From Felis catus (taxonomy: Eukaryota): a stretch of DNA of 64,000 nt. This document shows positions 37,401 to 57,260 of this stretch, piece by piece. Each line of letters begins with the position of its first letter. The first letter of the stretch is position 1. The DNA lies in NCBI RefSeq assembly GCF_018350175.1, contig NC_058373.1:71300001-71364000 (forward strand). The letters are read 5' to 3'. The translations under genes and the position numbers were made by a program. A model generated the notes under the pieces. The model was not told where the DNA came from. It saw only the letters and a list, made by a program, of their open reading frames with translations, and made no database searches.

Positions 37401-39930
37401 TATTCCAAAAAATAGAAATGGAAGGAAAACTTCCAAAGTCATTCTACAAGGCTAGCATTACCTTGAGTCCAAATCAGACAAAGACTCCACTAAAAAGGAG
37501 AATTACAGACCAATTTCCCTGATGAACATGGATGCAAAAATCTCAATAAGGCACTAGCAAACCAGATCCAACAATGCATTAAAAGAATTATTCACCACGA
37601 TCAAGTGGGATTTATTCCTGGGATACAGGGCTGATTCAATATCTGCAAACCAATCAATGTGATACATCACATTAATAAAAGAAAGGACAAGAATCACATG
37701 ATCCTCTCAAGAGATGCAGAGAAAGCATTTGACAAAATACAGCATCCTTTCTTGATAAAAACCCTCAAGAAAGTAGGGATAGAAGGATCATACCTCAAGA
37801 TCATACAGGCCATATATTAAAGACCCACTGCTAATATCATCCTCAATGGGGAAAAACGGAGAGCTTTCCCCCCAAGGTCAGTAACACGACAAGGATGTCC
37901 ACTCTCACCACTGTTATTCAACATAGAATTGGAAGTCCTAACCTCAGCAATCAGACAACGCAAAGAAATAAAAGCCATCCAAATCAGCCAGGAGGAGGTC
38001 AAATTTTCACTCTTTGCAGACAACGTGATACTCTGTGGAAAACCAAAAAGACTCCCCTAAAAAGCTGCTAGAGCTGATACATTCAGCAAAGTTTCAGGAT
38101 ATAAAATCAATGTACAGAAATTGGTTGCATTTCTATATACCAATAATAAAGCAGCAGGAAGAGAAATCAAGGAATCGATCCCGTTTACAATTTCATTGAA
38201 AACCATAAAATACCTAGGAATAAACCAAACCAGAAAGGTGAGAAGTCTATACACTGAAAACTATTGAAAGTTTATGAAAGAAATTGAAGAAGACACACTA
38301 AAAAAATGGAAATAAACATTCCATCCTCATGGATTAGAGGAACAACTATTGTTAAAATGCCGATACCACCCAAAGCAATCTACATATTCAATACAATTCC
38401 TATCAAAACAACACCAGCATTTTTCACAGAGCTAGAACAAACAATCCTAAAATTTGTGAAACCAGAAAAGACCCCGAATAGCCAAAGCAATCCTGAAAAA
38501 GAAAACCAAAGCTGGAGGCATCACAATTCCAGACTGCAAGCTGTATTATAAAGTTGTCATCATCAAGACAGTATGGTACTAGCACAAGAACAGACACATA
38601 GATCAAACGTATGGCCAACTAATCTTTGACAAAGCAGGAAAGAATATCCAATGGAAAAAAGACAGTCTCTTCAGCAAACGGTGTTGGGAAAACTGGACAG
38701 AGACATGAAGAAGAATGAACCTGAACCACTCTCTTAAACCATACACAAAAATAAACTCAAAATGGATGAAAGACCTAAATGTAACACAGGATGTAAGACA
38801 TCATAATCCTGGAGGAGAAAACAGGCAACAACCTCTTTGATCTTTGGTGCAGCAATTTTTTACTTGACACAAGGGAAACAAAAGCAAAAGTGAACTATTG
38901 GGACATCATCAAAATAAAAAGCTTCTGCACAGTGAAGGAAACAATGAGTAAAACTAAAAGGCAACCAACAGCATGGGAGAAGATATTTGTAAATGACATA
39001 GCAGATAAAGAGTTATTATCCAAAATCTATAAAGAACTTATCAAACTCAACACCCAAAAAAGAANNNNNNNNNNNNNNNNNNNNNNNNNNNNNNNNNNNN
39101 NNNNNNNNNNNNNNNNNNNNNNNNNNNNNNNNNNNNNNNNNNNNNNNNNNNNNNNNNNNNNNNNNNNNNNNNNNNNNNNNNNNNNNNNNNNNNNNNNNNN
39201 NNNNNNNNNNNNNNNNNNNNNNNNNNNNNNNNNNNNNNAACAAGGATGTTGGCAAGGATGTGGAGAAAGAGGAACCCTTTTGCACTGCTGGTGGGAATAC
39301 AAACTGGTGGAGCCACTCTGGAAAAACAGTAGGGAGGTCCCTCAAAAAATTAAAAATGCAGCTACCTATGACCCAGCAATTGTACTACTAGGTATTTATC
39401 CAAAGGATACAGGAGTGCTGATTCAAAGGGGCACATGCACCCCAATGTTTATAGCAGCACTATCAACAATAGCCTAAGTATGGAAAGAGCCCAAATGTCC
39501 ATCAATAGATGAATGGATAAAGAAGATATTACTCGGATAATATATATGGAATGGAATATTACTTGGCAATCAAAAAGAATGAAATCTTGCCATTTGCAAC
39601 AACGTGGACAGAACTAGAGTGTAGTACGTTAAAGGAAACAAGTCAGAGAAAGTCAAATACGAGATGATTTCACTCAAATATGGAATTTAAGATACAAAAC
39701 AGATGAACATAGGGAAGGGAAGCAAAAATAAAACAAGGAGGGAGACAAACCATAAGAGACTCTTAAATACATATAACAAACTGAGGGCTGCTGGTGGGGT
39801 TTTGAGTGGGCAGATGGGCTAAAGGGCAAGGGGCATTAAGGAGGAGATTTGGGATAAGCACTGGGTGTTATATGTAAGTGATGAATCACTAAATTCTATT
39901 CCTGAAATTAAAGAAATAAAAATAAAAAAT
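34405..39930 (+). mobile_element. Inactive carnivore L1 (ORF1 3' part, ORF2, 3' UTR)
   Basis: ORF1 motifs (IIGVPE, ENFPNL); endonuclease (LDQMDLTDIFRTFHP, SDHN); RT region ([16 protein letters not shown]); multiple stops; two N gaps. Confidence 0.95.
35753..36730 (+). mobile_element. Second 5'-truncated L1 nested in ORF2 of the host L1
   Basis: Sequence jumps from the end of the endonuclease region to the ORF2 C-terminus, 3' UTR and poly-A, then the host ORF2 resumes (aacctctgggatgcagcaaa); TSD aaaaacacaa. Confidence 0.85.
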
Positions 39931-41311
39931 AAAGAAGGTGGTTAAGTACTATAAAGATAAATAACAGGGAAGGGGGATAGAAAGTGCTGGAGGGGTGGAA
40001 TTTTAAGTACGGTTGTCAGAAAGACCTCACTAAAAGAAGAAAAGTTGACCAAAGACGTAAGATTATGGGACTGATGGAGCAAGCTATAGCTGAGGGAAGA
40101 GCTTTCTAGGCAGAGAAAGCAACAAGTATGAAGACCTTGAGGGACTGGTACACCTTCAGTGTTGAAGGAAAAACAAAAAGGCCAATGTTGCTGGAGCAGG
40201 GTGAACAAGGTGAGTAGCAGGAAATGAGGTCAAAGCAGTAAGCGGGGAGAGGAGGGCAGATCCTGGAGGGTCTCACTTGCCTTTAAAGGACTCTAGTTTT
40301 TACTCCAATATAGGAAGACACAGAGGGTTTTGAGCAGAAGAGTCACATAACCTGGCTTCTATGTTAACACTATTCAGTCTGGCTGCTGTGTTAAAAATGG
40401 ACTGTAAGTGGGCAGTTGTGGAAGCAGATACACCAGCGACTGCAGAAGTCTTGGAGATAGAGAATTCTGGCTTGCTCTAGGGTGGAAGCAGTGGAAGTAA
40501 GAAGAAACAGGATTCTGGATATATTCTGAAGTTAAAGTCTATGTGATTTGATGAACCGGAGATGAAAAAGAGGTGTCAGGTAACATCAGGGTGCTTTGAC
40601 ATGGACAATTATTAGGACGGGGTTGTCATTCACTGAAATAGGGAAGATGGCAGCAGTTAAAGGGGAGCAAAAAAGTCCAGCGTTTTGTATGTTAAATTTG
40701 AGATATCTATTAGGTATCCAAGTTGAAATGCCAATTGGCAGCTAGATATTCAGAACAGACTTCCAGTTTGGAGCTAAAAATTGGGAGTCATCCACACTGA
40801 AATGGTTTTAATGTGTAAGACTGGATGAGCTCACTGCAAGTATGTGTGTAAATAAATACAGAAGCGGTCCAAGGACTGGATTCTAGAGTTACTAGGTTGT
40901 AGAAATGAGGAGAAACCAGCAAAGGAAACAAAGAGCAGTCAGTAAACTAGAAGGCACACCAGAGAACATGTCCTAAAGCCAAGTAAAGAAGGGCTTTCAA
41001 AGAGGGAGTGTCAAATGTTGCTATGCGGGATGAAGGTGAATACGCCATCAGATATGTGAAGTCATTGGTGACCTTGATAAGAACAGTCTTGGTGGAGCGA
41101 GCTTAACAAGGAATTGATTGTGAGGGAGTAGAAACAACTCTTTTAAGATGTTTTGCTATAAAACGGAACAGAAAAACGGGAAGCAACTAAAAGGTGAAAT
41201 GGGGTCAAGAGGCGTTCATGTATTTGTAAGATGAGGAAAATGACAGCATATTTGTGTACTGAGAGGAAGATCTAGGAAAGAAAGGCAAATATTGACTCTA
41301 AAAAAATGAGA

Positions 41312-41530
41312 GGGGCGACTGGGTGGCTCAGTCAGTTAGGCCTCCAACTGTGGCCCTGGTCATGATCTCAGTCAGTGGGTTTGAGCCCCACATAGAGCTC
41401 TGTGCTGACAGTTCAGAGCTTGGAGCCTGCTTTGGATTCTGTGTCTCCCTCTCTCTCTGCCCCTCCTTGCTTGCGCTCTCTCTCTCTCAAAAATAAACAA
41501 ATATTTAAAAAATTTAAATAAATAAATAAA
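41312..41530 (+). mobile_element. CAN-SINE
   Basis: SINEC consensus; TSD aaaaatgagagggg. Confidence 0.88.
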
Positions 41531-41621
41531 AATGAGAGGGAACTGCTGAGAGATGTCCTGAAAGGTTAGACGATGGAATCTACCATATAAGTAGTTGGAC
41601 AGGAGCATGGATAGTTTGTTC

Positions 41622-41795
41622 ATAGCAGTTTCTCAACCTTGAAACCAATGACATTTTAGCCTAGATAATTCTTTGTGTGGGGAGCTGTTCTGTGCACTGC
41701 AGGATATTTTGCAGCATCCCTGGTTTCTACCCAGTAGTCCTGCGTTCCAGTTGTGACAACCAAACCTCTGGGGAGCAAATTCAATCCCAGCTGAG
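41622..41795 (+). mobile_element. MER20-like DNA transposon
   Basis: cagtttctcaacctt...gataattctttgtgtggggagctgttctgtgcactgcaggat. Confidence 0.75.
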
Positions 41796-41921
41796 TATAC
41801 AGTAACAGTTATTAACAGTATACTGGTATATATTAGCAGGAGGGAAAGCGGAGTACATGGGTATAAATACTGCAAGGTGCTTAGATGTAGTGGTGGGAGC
41901 TTGTGAACATTTTCTAATTGC

Positions 41922-42146
41922 TTTTTTTTCTAATTTTTTTAATGTTTATTTATTTTTGAGAGAGAGAGCAAGAGAGCACGAGCAGGGAAGGCACAGAGGG
42001 AGACAGAGACACAGAATCCAAAGCAGATTCCAGGCTCTGAGCTGTCAGCACAGACAGAGCCTGACGTGGGCTTGAACTCACAAACCGTGAGATCATGACC
42101 TGAGTCAAAAGTCGGATGCTCAACCGACTGAGCTACCCAGGCACTC
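41922..42146 (-). mobile_element. CAN-SINE
   Basis: Reverse-strand SINEC consensus; degenerate TSD acattttct.attgct. Confidence 0.88.
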
Positions 42147-43665
42147 GTACATTTTCTGATTGCTTCTATTTTCTCACTAACATAGCAGCCAACGTAAGAG
42201 TGAGAATGGGGGGTGAGATATGGGAGATTTGAGGTGTCAGCAGGCATAATAAAACAGTTACCAGAAACAAGGCAAGCGAAAGGACTAGGGAACATAAAGG
42301 ACCCGCTTGAGTGTCAGGGTTGAATTTAAAGTAAGACAGGTCAACCTGGCTGTTTTTTGCTGGCCCGTTTAGCTGCATGGGTCTAGAAATCAAGTAGGTG
42401 AAGAGTTGAGGCTGATGAAAGCCAGAGAGGTGAGGGAGGCGAGGTGTTTGCAGTGAAGTGCTCATGACTGGAGTTTAGCTGGAGGGAAATGAATACTTGT
42501 AGGGGATGAGGTCAGTGGAAAGGAAGAGCAACAGATTGTAGGGCCTGATGAAGAGACGAATTGTTGGATTCAGTGCACTAAAGGGAATGAGCTACAAAAA
42601 TAGGAGGGATGTCTCAGAATGAAATATGGAGGAGCTGTAGGCCTCCACTAGGACCAAGGGAATGAGTGGCTGAAGTGGGGGTGGAGGACACGATCACGGG
42701 AGGAGCACAGAGCTGAGGCCAGAGCATTAGAAGGATCACCTACACAGGTACTAAAGTCATCAGGATTTGACAGGAGTGGTTGCGGCATGGTATAGTTAAC
42801 GGATGACATGTGTTTCAAAGCTCAGATGTGTTAGGGATGAGAGGGAATAGATCGAACATAGTATGAGGAGAAAAAAGGTCACCTACACCACCCTCTCCAG
42901 GGCCAATGGATGTGGGTGAGAAAATACCATCATTAGACACAGTAGGAGAAGCAGAGTTCTCAGGGGGAAACCAGGGTCCTGAACAGGAACGTAAAGAGAA
43001 CACTCAGAAAACAGGATGAGGATATAGGTAATTTTACTACTAATCAGTTTAGTTCCAGAGAGCACAAAAGAATTTCAGGAGGAACAAATAAGGGGTGGAG
43101 AGTAACAGTTATTAGAGTGCAAAGCTGAGAGGAGACTTGCTGGTTTGGGTCTCCTCGTGGTGCTGGACAAACAAGATAAAGGGCAGGATGTTAGTTCCAG
43201 AGGGCTGTGGTAGGGAGGGAGGTGGATCTGGGGCAACCCTTCAAATCCACCAGGGGAAGTATATGTAGGAGCATGTGGGAGTAAGTGCAAGGAGGAGGGA
43301 CAGCTTTGCTCTTGAGTTACAAATTCGTACAAAATTAGACCTGGCCCCAGGCTATTCTGAGACAAGTCCTGAGGACCTACCCCAAAGAATTTAAATGGGG
43401 TGACAAACACAAAGCACTCAGCATAGAGCCTGACGCTGAAATAGTATTAGTTATGACAATGCTGTTATTAAGGAGATGTCAGAAGAGGAGCTGAGATATC
43501 CCTTCAATCTCAGCTCCACAGCAGCAGCCCTGCAGTCAGCCAAGGCACTGCTCTGACCCCTGACTCCTTATCCATTCACCCCATCAACAAGAATTTATCC
43601 AGTGCCAACTCTGTATTGTTCCTGATTAACACAAGCCAATTACCAACATACAAAACCAACAATAT

Positions 43666-43671
43666 TTTATT
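43666..43671 (-). terminator. OSGEP polyadenylation signal
   Basis: AATAAA on the minus strand 140 nt after the stop codon. Confidence 0.75.
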
Positions 43672-43810
43672 GCTGAGTCAACTTGAGGTTCAAATTATGG
43701 GAGACAGGAGTCCATAGCCTCACCAGGGTGCCCAGATCAGACAGAGGTTAAGGTCCAAGTTCCTGTAGGCTCTACTTAGGGCACTATCTACTCTGATCAT
43801 GTTAAAGTTG

Positions 43811-50720
<6,910 letters not shown>

Positions 50721-50791
50721 CAGGTAACGCGGTAAAAATACTGCTTCGGTGGGCGACGTGGTACAGGTTCAGAAGGGCGTTCGCTACAGTG

Positions 50792-52718
50792 ATGCCGAAG
50801 CGTGGGAAAAAGGGAGCTGTGGCAGAAGACGGGGAAGAGCCCAAGATTGGTAAGAGAATGAAATGAGGCCCTCTCCCTAGGGGCTGCCGTGAGGGGGTTT
50901 CTAACCCCGGTGAACAGGAAGTGCGGACCTGCTGACTGCGTTTTTGCAGGCTGAAGAAGTCGCAGCAACTGCAAGCTCATAATGGGGGATCCAATCCGGA
51001 TCAGAGTTGGATACTGCCAACTTTATCATTGTATATTGCTTATTTTGTAGAGCCAGAAGCCAAGAAGAGTAAGGTTGGAGCAAAGAAAAACGAAAAAGAG
51101 GCAGCAGGAGAGGGGCCGGTCCTGTATGAGGACCCCCCAGATCAGAAAACCTCGCCCAGTGGTAAATCGGCCACACTCAAGATCTGCTCCTGGAATGTGG
51201 ATGGGCTTCGAGCCTGGATTAAAAAGAAAGGTTTAGATGTGAGTGGAATTCAAGGAGGGTTCCAGAAGAGACATTCTTCAGTATTGAATGATTTGGGGAT
51301 TTAATCACCTTTCCCTAACCTGTAGGTTTTTTCCCCTTGTCTAGTTTTTTTTGTGCAAGAGTTAAAAGGAGGGGCTTCACCAACCTTTACCTTTTTATTT
51401 CCAAATGTCTTTTTCAACTTATTTCCATTGTTTTAATGGCTTCATCCCTTCCCCTGCATGTTGCAAAAACCTTGTTACTGGACTTGCTCCATTTCATTTC
51501 CAGTTTATCCTCCGTTTAAATACTACTGCTTAGGGGTGCTTGGCTGGCTCAGTCCACCAGTTGGTGAACTTAAGCTGCTCCATGTGTGGCAGAGCTAGAG
51601 TTTACTTAAAATTAAATAATCACTGCTTAAAAATCTTAGATGCCTATCCTCTGCCTGTGGAAGAAATATAATCTCTTCAGTGTTGCATGTAACACTCTTT
51701 ACCTCTCAGTTGCCAGTTCTATAATTTAGAAGTGTTAAAATCTCGTGCGACTCTCTAAGCAGTGTATCTCTAGTACTTGGCACAGTCTTTAGTAAATGTT
51801 TGATTGATAATCAAACGTTGCTGTCTGAATTGATAATATTTTTCTTACCTTTCATCTCGCTCACAGTGGGTAAAGGAAGAAGCCCCAGATATCCTGTGCC
51901 TCCAAGAGACCAAATGTTCAGAGAACAAACTACCAGCTGAACTTCAAGAGTTGCCTGGACTATCCCATCAATACTGGTCAGCTCCTTCAGACAAGGAAGG
52001 GTACAGTGGTGTGGGCCTGCTCTCCCGCCAGTGCCCACTCAAAGTCTCCTATGGCATTGGTGAGACCCTGTTAATTCCTAATCCCTGAGGTCTTTCAAAC
52101 CAATTGCTAATTCCCGTTCCAGCTCCTAATGGGAGTTACTTTCTTTGCTTTCCCATTCTGTACACTTTTTTATGCTGATCTTGTTTCATTGTTTCTGTAG
52201 GTGAGGAGGAACACGATCAGGAAGGCCGGGTGATTGTGGCTGAATTTGACTCATTTGTGCTGGTAACAGCCTATGTACCTAACGCAGGCCGAGGTCTGGT
52301 CCGCTTGGAGTACCGGCAGCGCTGGGATGAGGCCTTCCGCAAGTTCCTAAAGGGCTTGGCTTCCCGCAAGCCCCTTGTGCTCTGTGGGGACCTCAATGTG
52401 GCCCATGAAGAAATTGACCTTCGCAACCCCAAGGGAAACAAAAAGAATGCTGGCTTCACTCCACAAGAGCGTCAAGGCTTTGGGGAATTACTAGAGGCTG
52501 TGCCTCTGGCTGACAGCTTCCGGCACCTCTACCCCAACACGGCCTATGCATATACCTTTTGGACCTACATGATGAATGCTCGATCCAAAAATGTTGGTTG
52601 GCGCCTTGATTACTTTTTGTTGTCACACTCTCTGTTACCCGCGTTGTGTGACAGCAAGATCCGTTCCAAGGCCCTGGGCAGTGACCACTGTCCCATCACC
52701 CTGTACCTAGCACTGTGA
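50792..52718 (+). CDS. APEX1: AP endonuclease / redox factor 1, 318 aa; exons 50792-50849, 51051-51238, 51867-52059, 52201-52718
   Basis: [47 protein letters not shown] exons sum to 957 nt. Confidence 0.99.
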
Positions 52719-52972
52719 CACCTCCCTTAAATTACTTTAAGCTGGGGAAATAAGCCCCCCAAGCTAGCTTTAAAACTTAACCTCCCCAAACTTCTTTAAA
52801 AACTGCTCTCTAAAGAAATCTGCACTGTTACTTCCCTTCTAAAAATACGAGTCCTTCAACCAGGCTCCTAGTGACACTTAGGTTTCCTTTAAACCCCAAT
52901 TTTTTTGTGCTTTTTTTTTTTTTTACATTAAACAAAAGCTACTGATGACTTTCTCTGAACTGTCCACATGAA

Positions 52973-52978
52973 AATAAA
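52973..52978 (+). terminator. APEX1 polyadenylation signal
   Basis: AATAAA 255 nt after the stop codon, followed by a GT-rich tract. Confidence 0.8.
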
Positions 52979-53094
52979 GAGCCATAGTTTCAGCCTTGCT
53001 GTCTTTGTATTCTACCCCTTTGTGGGGCTACAAATTCTCCTTATCTTTTCATGTATAAAGATAAACAACTTGGAAAAGGATAGTCATGACCTTA

Positions 53095-53100
53095 TTTATT
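53095..53100 (-). terminator. PIP4P1 polyadenylation signal
   Basis: AATAAA on the minus strand about 680 nt after the stop codon. Confidence 0.75.
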
Positions 53101-53780
53101 TACAAGCACAGGATGAATCCCTAGCTTCCCCCAAGACAGAGCAACCTTATCCAGCTCAGTTAAATACTGCAACTGGGGGGTAAGGTTGGAAGGAGGAGTT
53201 AAGGGAAATTCAGGACTAGGGGAACATACCCCACATTAAATAGTTATATACACATCAGTTCCTGTGGTCTGTACAGAGCAGCGGCTGACCCCATCCCCAC
53301 CCCCCGGGACACAGAATGGGGGGACAGGAGACTGAGGGGACTGAGGCCAGCGCCAGCCCCTGGTGAAGTGCAATAGCAGCAGCAAGGTCCTAATGGTGCA
53401 CAAAAGGGAGGGAACCCCCAGGGCTACCCACCCCCACCCTGCCCTGGAATGTTTAAGGGACAGGAATGGCTCTCAGGGAGTATATAGGAAGGACAAGGCT
53501 AGAACCCTCTTTTAGGACCCAGGTTTAGGGGCAACATTTTGCCTATTTCACCCTAAACACAGCAGCCCTTGGAGGAAAGCAGATGGCCAGCAGTGGTCTT
53601 ATCTACCCCTCCAAACCTAAGTGAGGGTCTGGTTCCTTCCTACCTCTCCCCAGGGAAAAGGAAGGCAGCTGCTTGGCTCCCCTTACAGAAGCCAAGGGAG
53701 CCTTTTACCACGGTTCCCTTTGTAGTGTCACTGTCCCCACCAGGAAGGGGCCAGGCACAGTCTGTGGGTCGTTGTGGAGC

Positions 53781-56583
53781 TCAGGAGAAGTTCTGGACAG
53801 GGTGGCTGACCTTCATACAAGCCCAGTAGAGGGCCCGGCCCAAACACAGCACAGCCAACAGGATGACAAATGCCCAGGCCGCGTAGATGCCTCCATATCG
53901 CCGGGCGTGCTTCCATGTCCCAAACTGATGAAGAAGAAGGAAGATGGGGTTACTGTTGATCTCTCACCACTTCCTAAAAGCCCTAGTAACAGCAACACAG
54001 AATGGAAGCTTCAGTGCCTGGTTGCCTAACCACGTGTATCCACCTTCAGAGACCTTCTTAAAGGCCCAATTGTGCTCTCTTCCCCTAGGGAGGTACATAA
54101 CTTGTACAATCCCAGACATCTGTCTGTTTCTTAGTGTTGGACAAGGGAGCCAATTCTAACAGCAACTCTTAATTTAAGCCACTTCTTCATTGCCCTGTCA
54201 TTTGCATAAAGAAGATGGCTGTTTTTCACTCCCATAATAACAATGGAGATTGTTTATCAGTTACCTTCAACTTCAGCTCACGTGTACATTAAAACAAGGC
54301 AAAACAAACAAAAACCCCTCGGTTTCTTTCACTTTTTTTAGGTTAGCCATTTCCCAAATTGTAGGCTATGGAGATGAGGCTGAAGAACGAAGGGCCGGAT
54401 CAAGGTTACTCACAGCAAGGCCAGTGGCAGTGACTGCCAAGAGTAAGCCAAGCAAGAAACAGCAGATACATCTCTTTCGTGGATATCTGCGCCCAATAGA
54501 TGACCTGTGGGGAGGCAAACAAATTGATGCTTGCAATGGCCCTGCAGGTTTTACAGTACATGTTACAAAATTACCAGTTCAACAATGCCACTCTCCAGTC
54601 ACTTACACTTTCCTGCAGTGAGGGCAACGGGCCAAGGTTCGGTCTGTGAACTCTGTCCACTATGGAGAACAAAAAAGGGAGAACCCAATTAATAGAAGCA
54701 GGGTCATGTCCAGTGAAGGCTCTGGGGCAGGGGAGGGTGGGAAAAGGAACAGAAGGGAAATTAAAACAGACCTTCTCAGTATTCATTATCATAACTCAGA
54801 AATATATTCATGATTACTTCTGTTTCTCCCGCTTCCTCCCAAGGCTTCCCAATGCTCCTCCTCACCAGGAAAGTATTCTTGCAATGTCCACAGATGACCC
54901 TGACACCTACAGGCTGTGGTTCTGGACTCAGAGGTCCTGGATGCACAGGCCCCAGGTTGATGATTCTTTTGCTGTAATGGAGAAAAAGACTACGTTTAAA
55001 TCATTTTTAATCCTAAAATGCCCACACTAGCCTTCCTTCATAGCTCCCAATCCCTGCCTTTCTAAATTCCTCTACTTCTCTGTACACGGCATATACTCTG
55101 CCCCACCCAACCCTAGCCCGAGGGAAGGTTGAGAAATAGCACTACTTAAACTTCAGGTCTCTAACTTCCATTATACCTGAGGATAATTCACCCAGTCCCC
55201 TAGACTCTCTATTTCCCTAATGGACATAAATTTCATCCCAGTCTTTTTACTGAGATTTGAACAAGATGGCTGTAAAATTCTAACGGTACAACAGTCCCTA
55301 ACTTTTTCTCCTTCTAAATAAACACCTTTACATGCTCTGCAAACATTCATCCTTTTTAGGGCTTTCCAATTATTCCCACTGATGCCCTTCCCCACCTTAT
55401 GCCTCTTACCAGTAGGGCCGAGGGCAGGCAATCCTCTGGGAAGTCACTTTGCAGATAAGGAGACAGTTACAGGGGCACCGAACATATTTTTTCCCTGGAG
55501 GTGCATTCTTGATTGGCTAGAGAACAATGAGGACATCGGTAAGCAAACCTTTAATTCCAATCCCTTCCATTTCCTCCAAAAACACCTTCTGAGAAGAGAT
55601 CAGAGAGATAAGGTCTTAGCCAGATAAGGTCTTAGCCAGGTCAGAGAAATGAAAGAAAAACATATAGCAGAAGATTTGCAAATAAAGACTAGGCTTAAGT
55701 ATCCAGAATAGAAATGAAGGTGCAGGATGGTAAACATCAGCTCTGGTGAGTGGCTGCTGGGGAAATGGTGATGTGAGACTCCTGGAACTGAAACCTGGGT
55801 TTCAGGATTACCATTCGGCTAACACCTGAACATCAAGGTCTAGAATCAAGAGATCAGAAAGAGGATCCAGGAAACAGGGCCCATTTCATAGATGTGTGTA
55901 ACTCACAGTGGCTTCATTGCAGACGCCACATTTGACTACATGCTGATGCATCTTGCCTTCCACGTTGATGAGAGACTGGCAGACTCGGCAGGTGATCATG
56001 GGGGCACTCCCACTGTCCGGGCTGGTCAGGGGTGAGTAGGGGGGTGGGTCCTCCCCAGGCAACACGGCTGGGTGTCCCTCAGGGAACGGGGGAAACGCTG
56101 GAGAGGAAAGTAAAAAGAAGGGTGGCATCACTTGTAGACACCCCTACTGATGCTCCACGGGGTCAAGGAACTCTTATTGGTCCTCAACCCTTCTGATCTA
56201 GCTCGGCGGGCTTCTTATAATCCGTGCTTCAGTCAGCTTCCTTAGACCCCCCTTCGGTTCCCAAGTTCCGGTAACAATTGCGGAAAGAAGAGAGCTTCAC
56301 CCAGTCACAGGTGCAACTGCTCCGCACCTGGCGCCTGGGCCCCGCCTCCGCCCTCGGCCCCGCCCCCTCCCGCCTCTCAGCGTACCCCCCCGGGAACATC
56401 TTGGACCCACCCCGGCTTACCCTGGGGCGGGGCATGTTTACCGGCTCCGTACGGTGGTGCGGTGGGGGTCAGGCCTCCCCCGGGCCCAGCCCCACTCCCG
56501 CCCGGCCCCACTAATCCGTTGCCGCCGGCGCCACCGTCGATGGGCTCGGAGAGCAGCGGGGATCGCTCTCCGTCTGCCGCCAT
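53781..56583 (-). CDS. PIP4P1: Type 1 PI(4,5)P2 4-phosphatase / TMEM55B, 277 aa (284 aa with the alternative donor); exons 56583-56442 (or -56421), 56097-55907, 55516-55410, 54971-54866, 54659-54607, 54504-54414, 53924-53781
   Basis: [17 protein letters not shown], CxxC motifs, CKVTSQR, two C-terminal TM helices, HPVQNFS*. GT-AG exons sum to 834 nt. Confidence 0.98.
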
Positions 56584-56589
56584 GGCCGC

Positions 56590-57260
56590 CACCACCGCCT
56601 ACTGCTTCGGCCAAGGACCCGGCTCTATTCGCCGCCGCCGTCTCCGCAGCCACCGCCGCCGCCGCTACCGGGTCCCCAGGGCGCCTGCGCGCCGCGCGCC
56701 CAGCTCGCCCCGCAACCAGTGGCCTGCCCCGCCCGATTCCGTCCCGCAAGCACGTGATAGGCTGTCCCCGCCCCCGCCGTGCTATTATTCGTGGAGATAA
56801 ATCAATTCTTGGTCCTGCGAAGGCAGCTCTTTTTTTCCATTGGGGAGAGTCGCGGCAACGTCAACTGTCACATGACCTCCCGGAGGCCGCTGGGCCCGCA
56901 AAAACTGCACGTGACGAGAGGTTCTGCGAGCCATTGGAAGCGTGGCCCATCGCGTTACCTCCAGACCAGGAGGTGGGACTAGGCTGCTTCAGCTCACTGG
57001 TCACCTGTTTCAGGAAGCCTGGCTTCCTCTGTTACGCGCGCAGAGCGAGTGCATAATCATTGCTCCTCATTGGTCCAAAGATACCACTAAAAGACATCTC
57101 CTCTTTGCGGTTATAATTGGTCTCCTATTGGCTGGCCTCTCGGTCTTGTGACTAGTGAGGTGCAACTGTATTGGTCCGAACTTAGGTCCAGAACTCGGGG
57201 GCGTGGCTCTAGTGAAAGTGCTGGAGCTTGGGCTGAGTAGCCAGAGGAGGAAAGGCTGGC
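56590..57260 (-). promoter_or_regulatory. PIP4P1 CpG-island promoter with CLEAR/E-boxes and CCAAT boxes
   Basis: CACGTGA at 56751, GTCACATGAC at 56867, CACGTGAC at 56908; ATTGG at 57069, 57116, 57127, 57170. Confidence 0.8.

Larger units (their letters stand above)
39935..42700 (-). mobile_element. Long degenerate L2; its 3' end lies at about 34170-34370, on the other side of the L1
   Basis: Typical antisense L2 text (tgttaaatttgagatatctattaggtatccaag; cattcattcagcaaat at about 34175). Confidence 0.7.

Noticed and set aside
34405-39930. Active L1 or host genes from ORFs in this interval
   Set aside because: 5'-truncated, with many stops; the long ORFs are inflated by N gaps.
56454-57056. 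200-aa + strand ORF over the PIP4P1 promoter
   Set aside because: GC-rich antisense ORF, low complexity, no recognisable homology.
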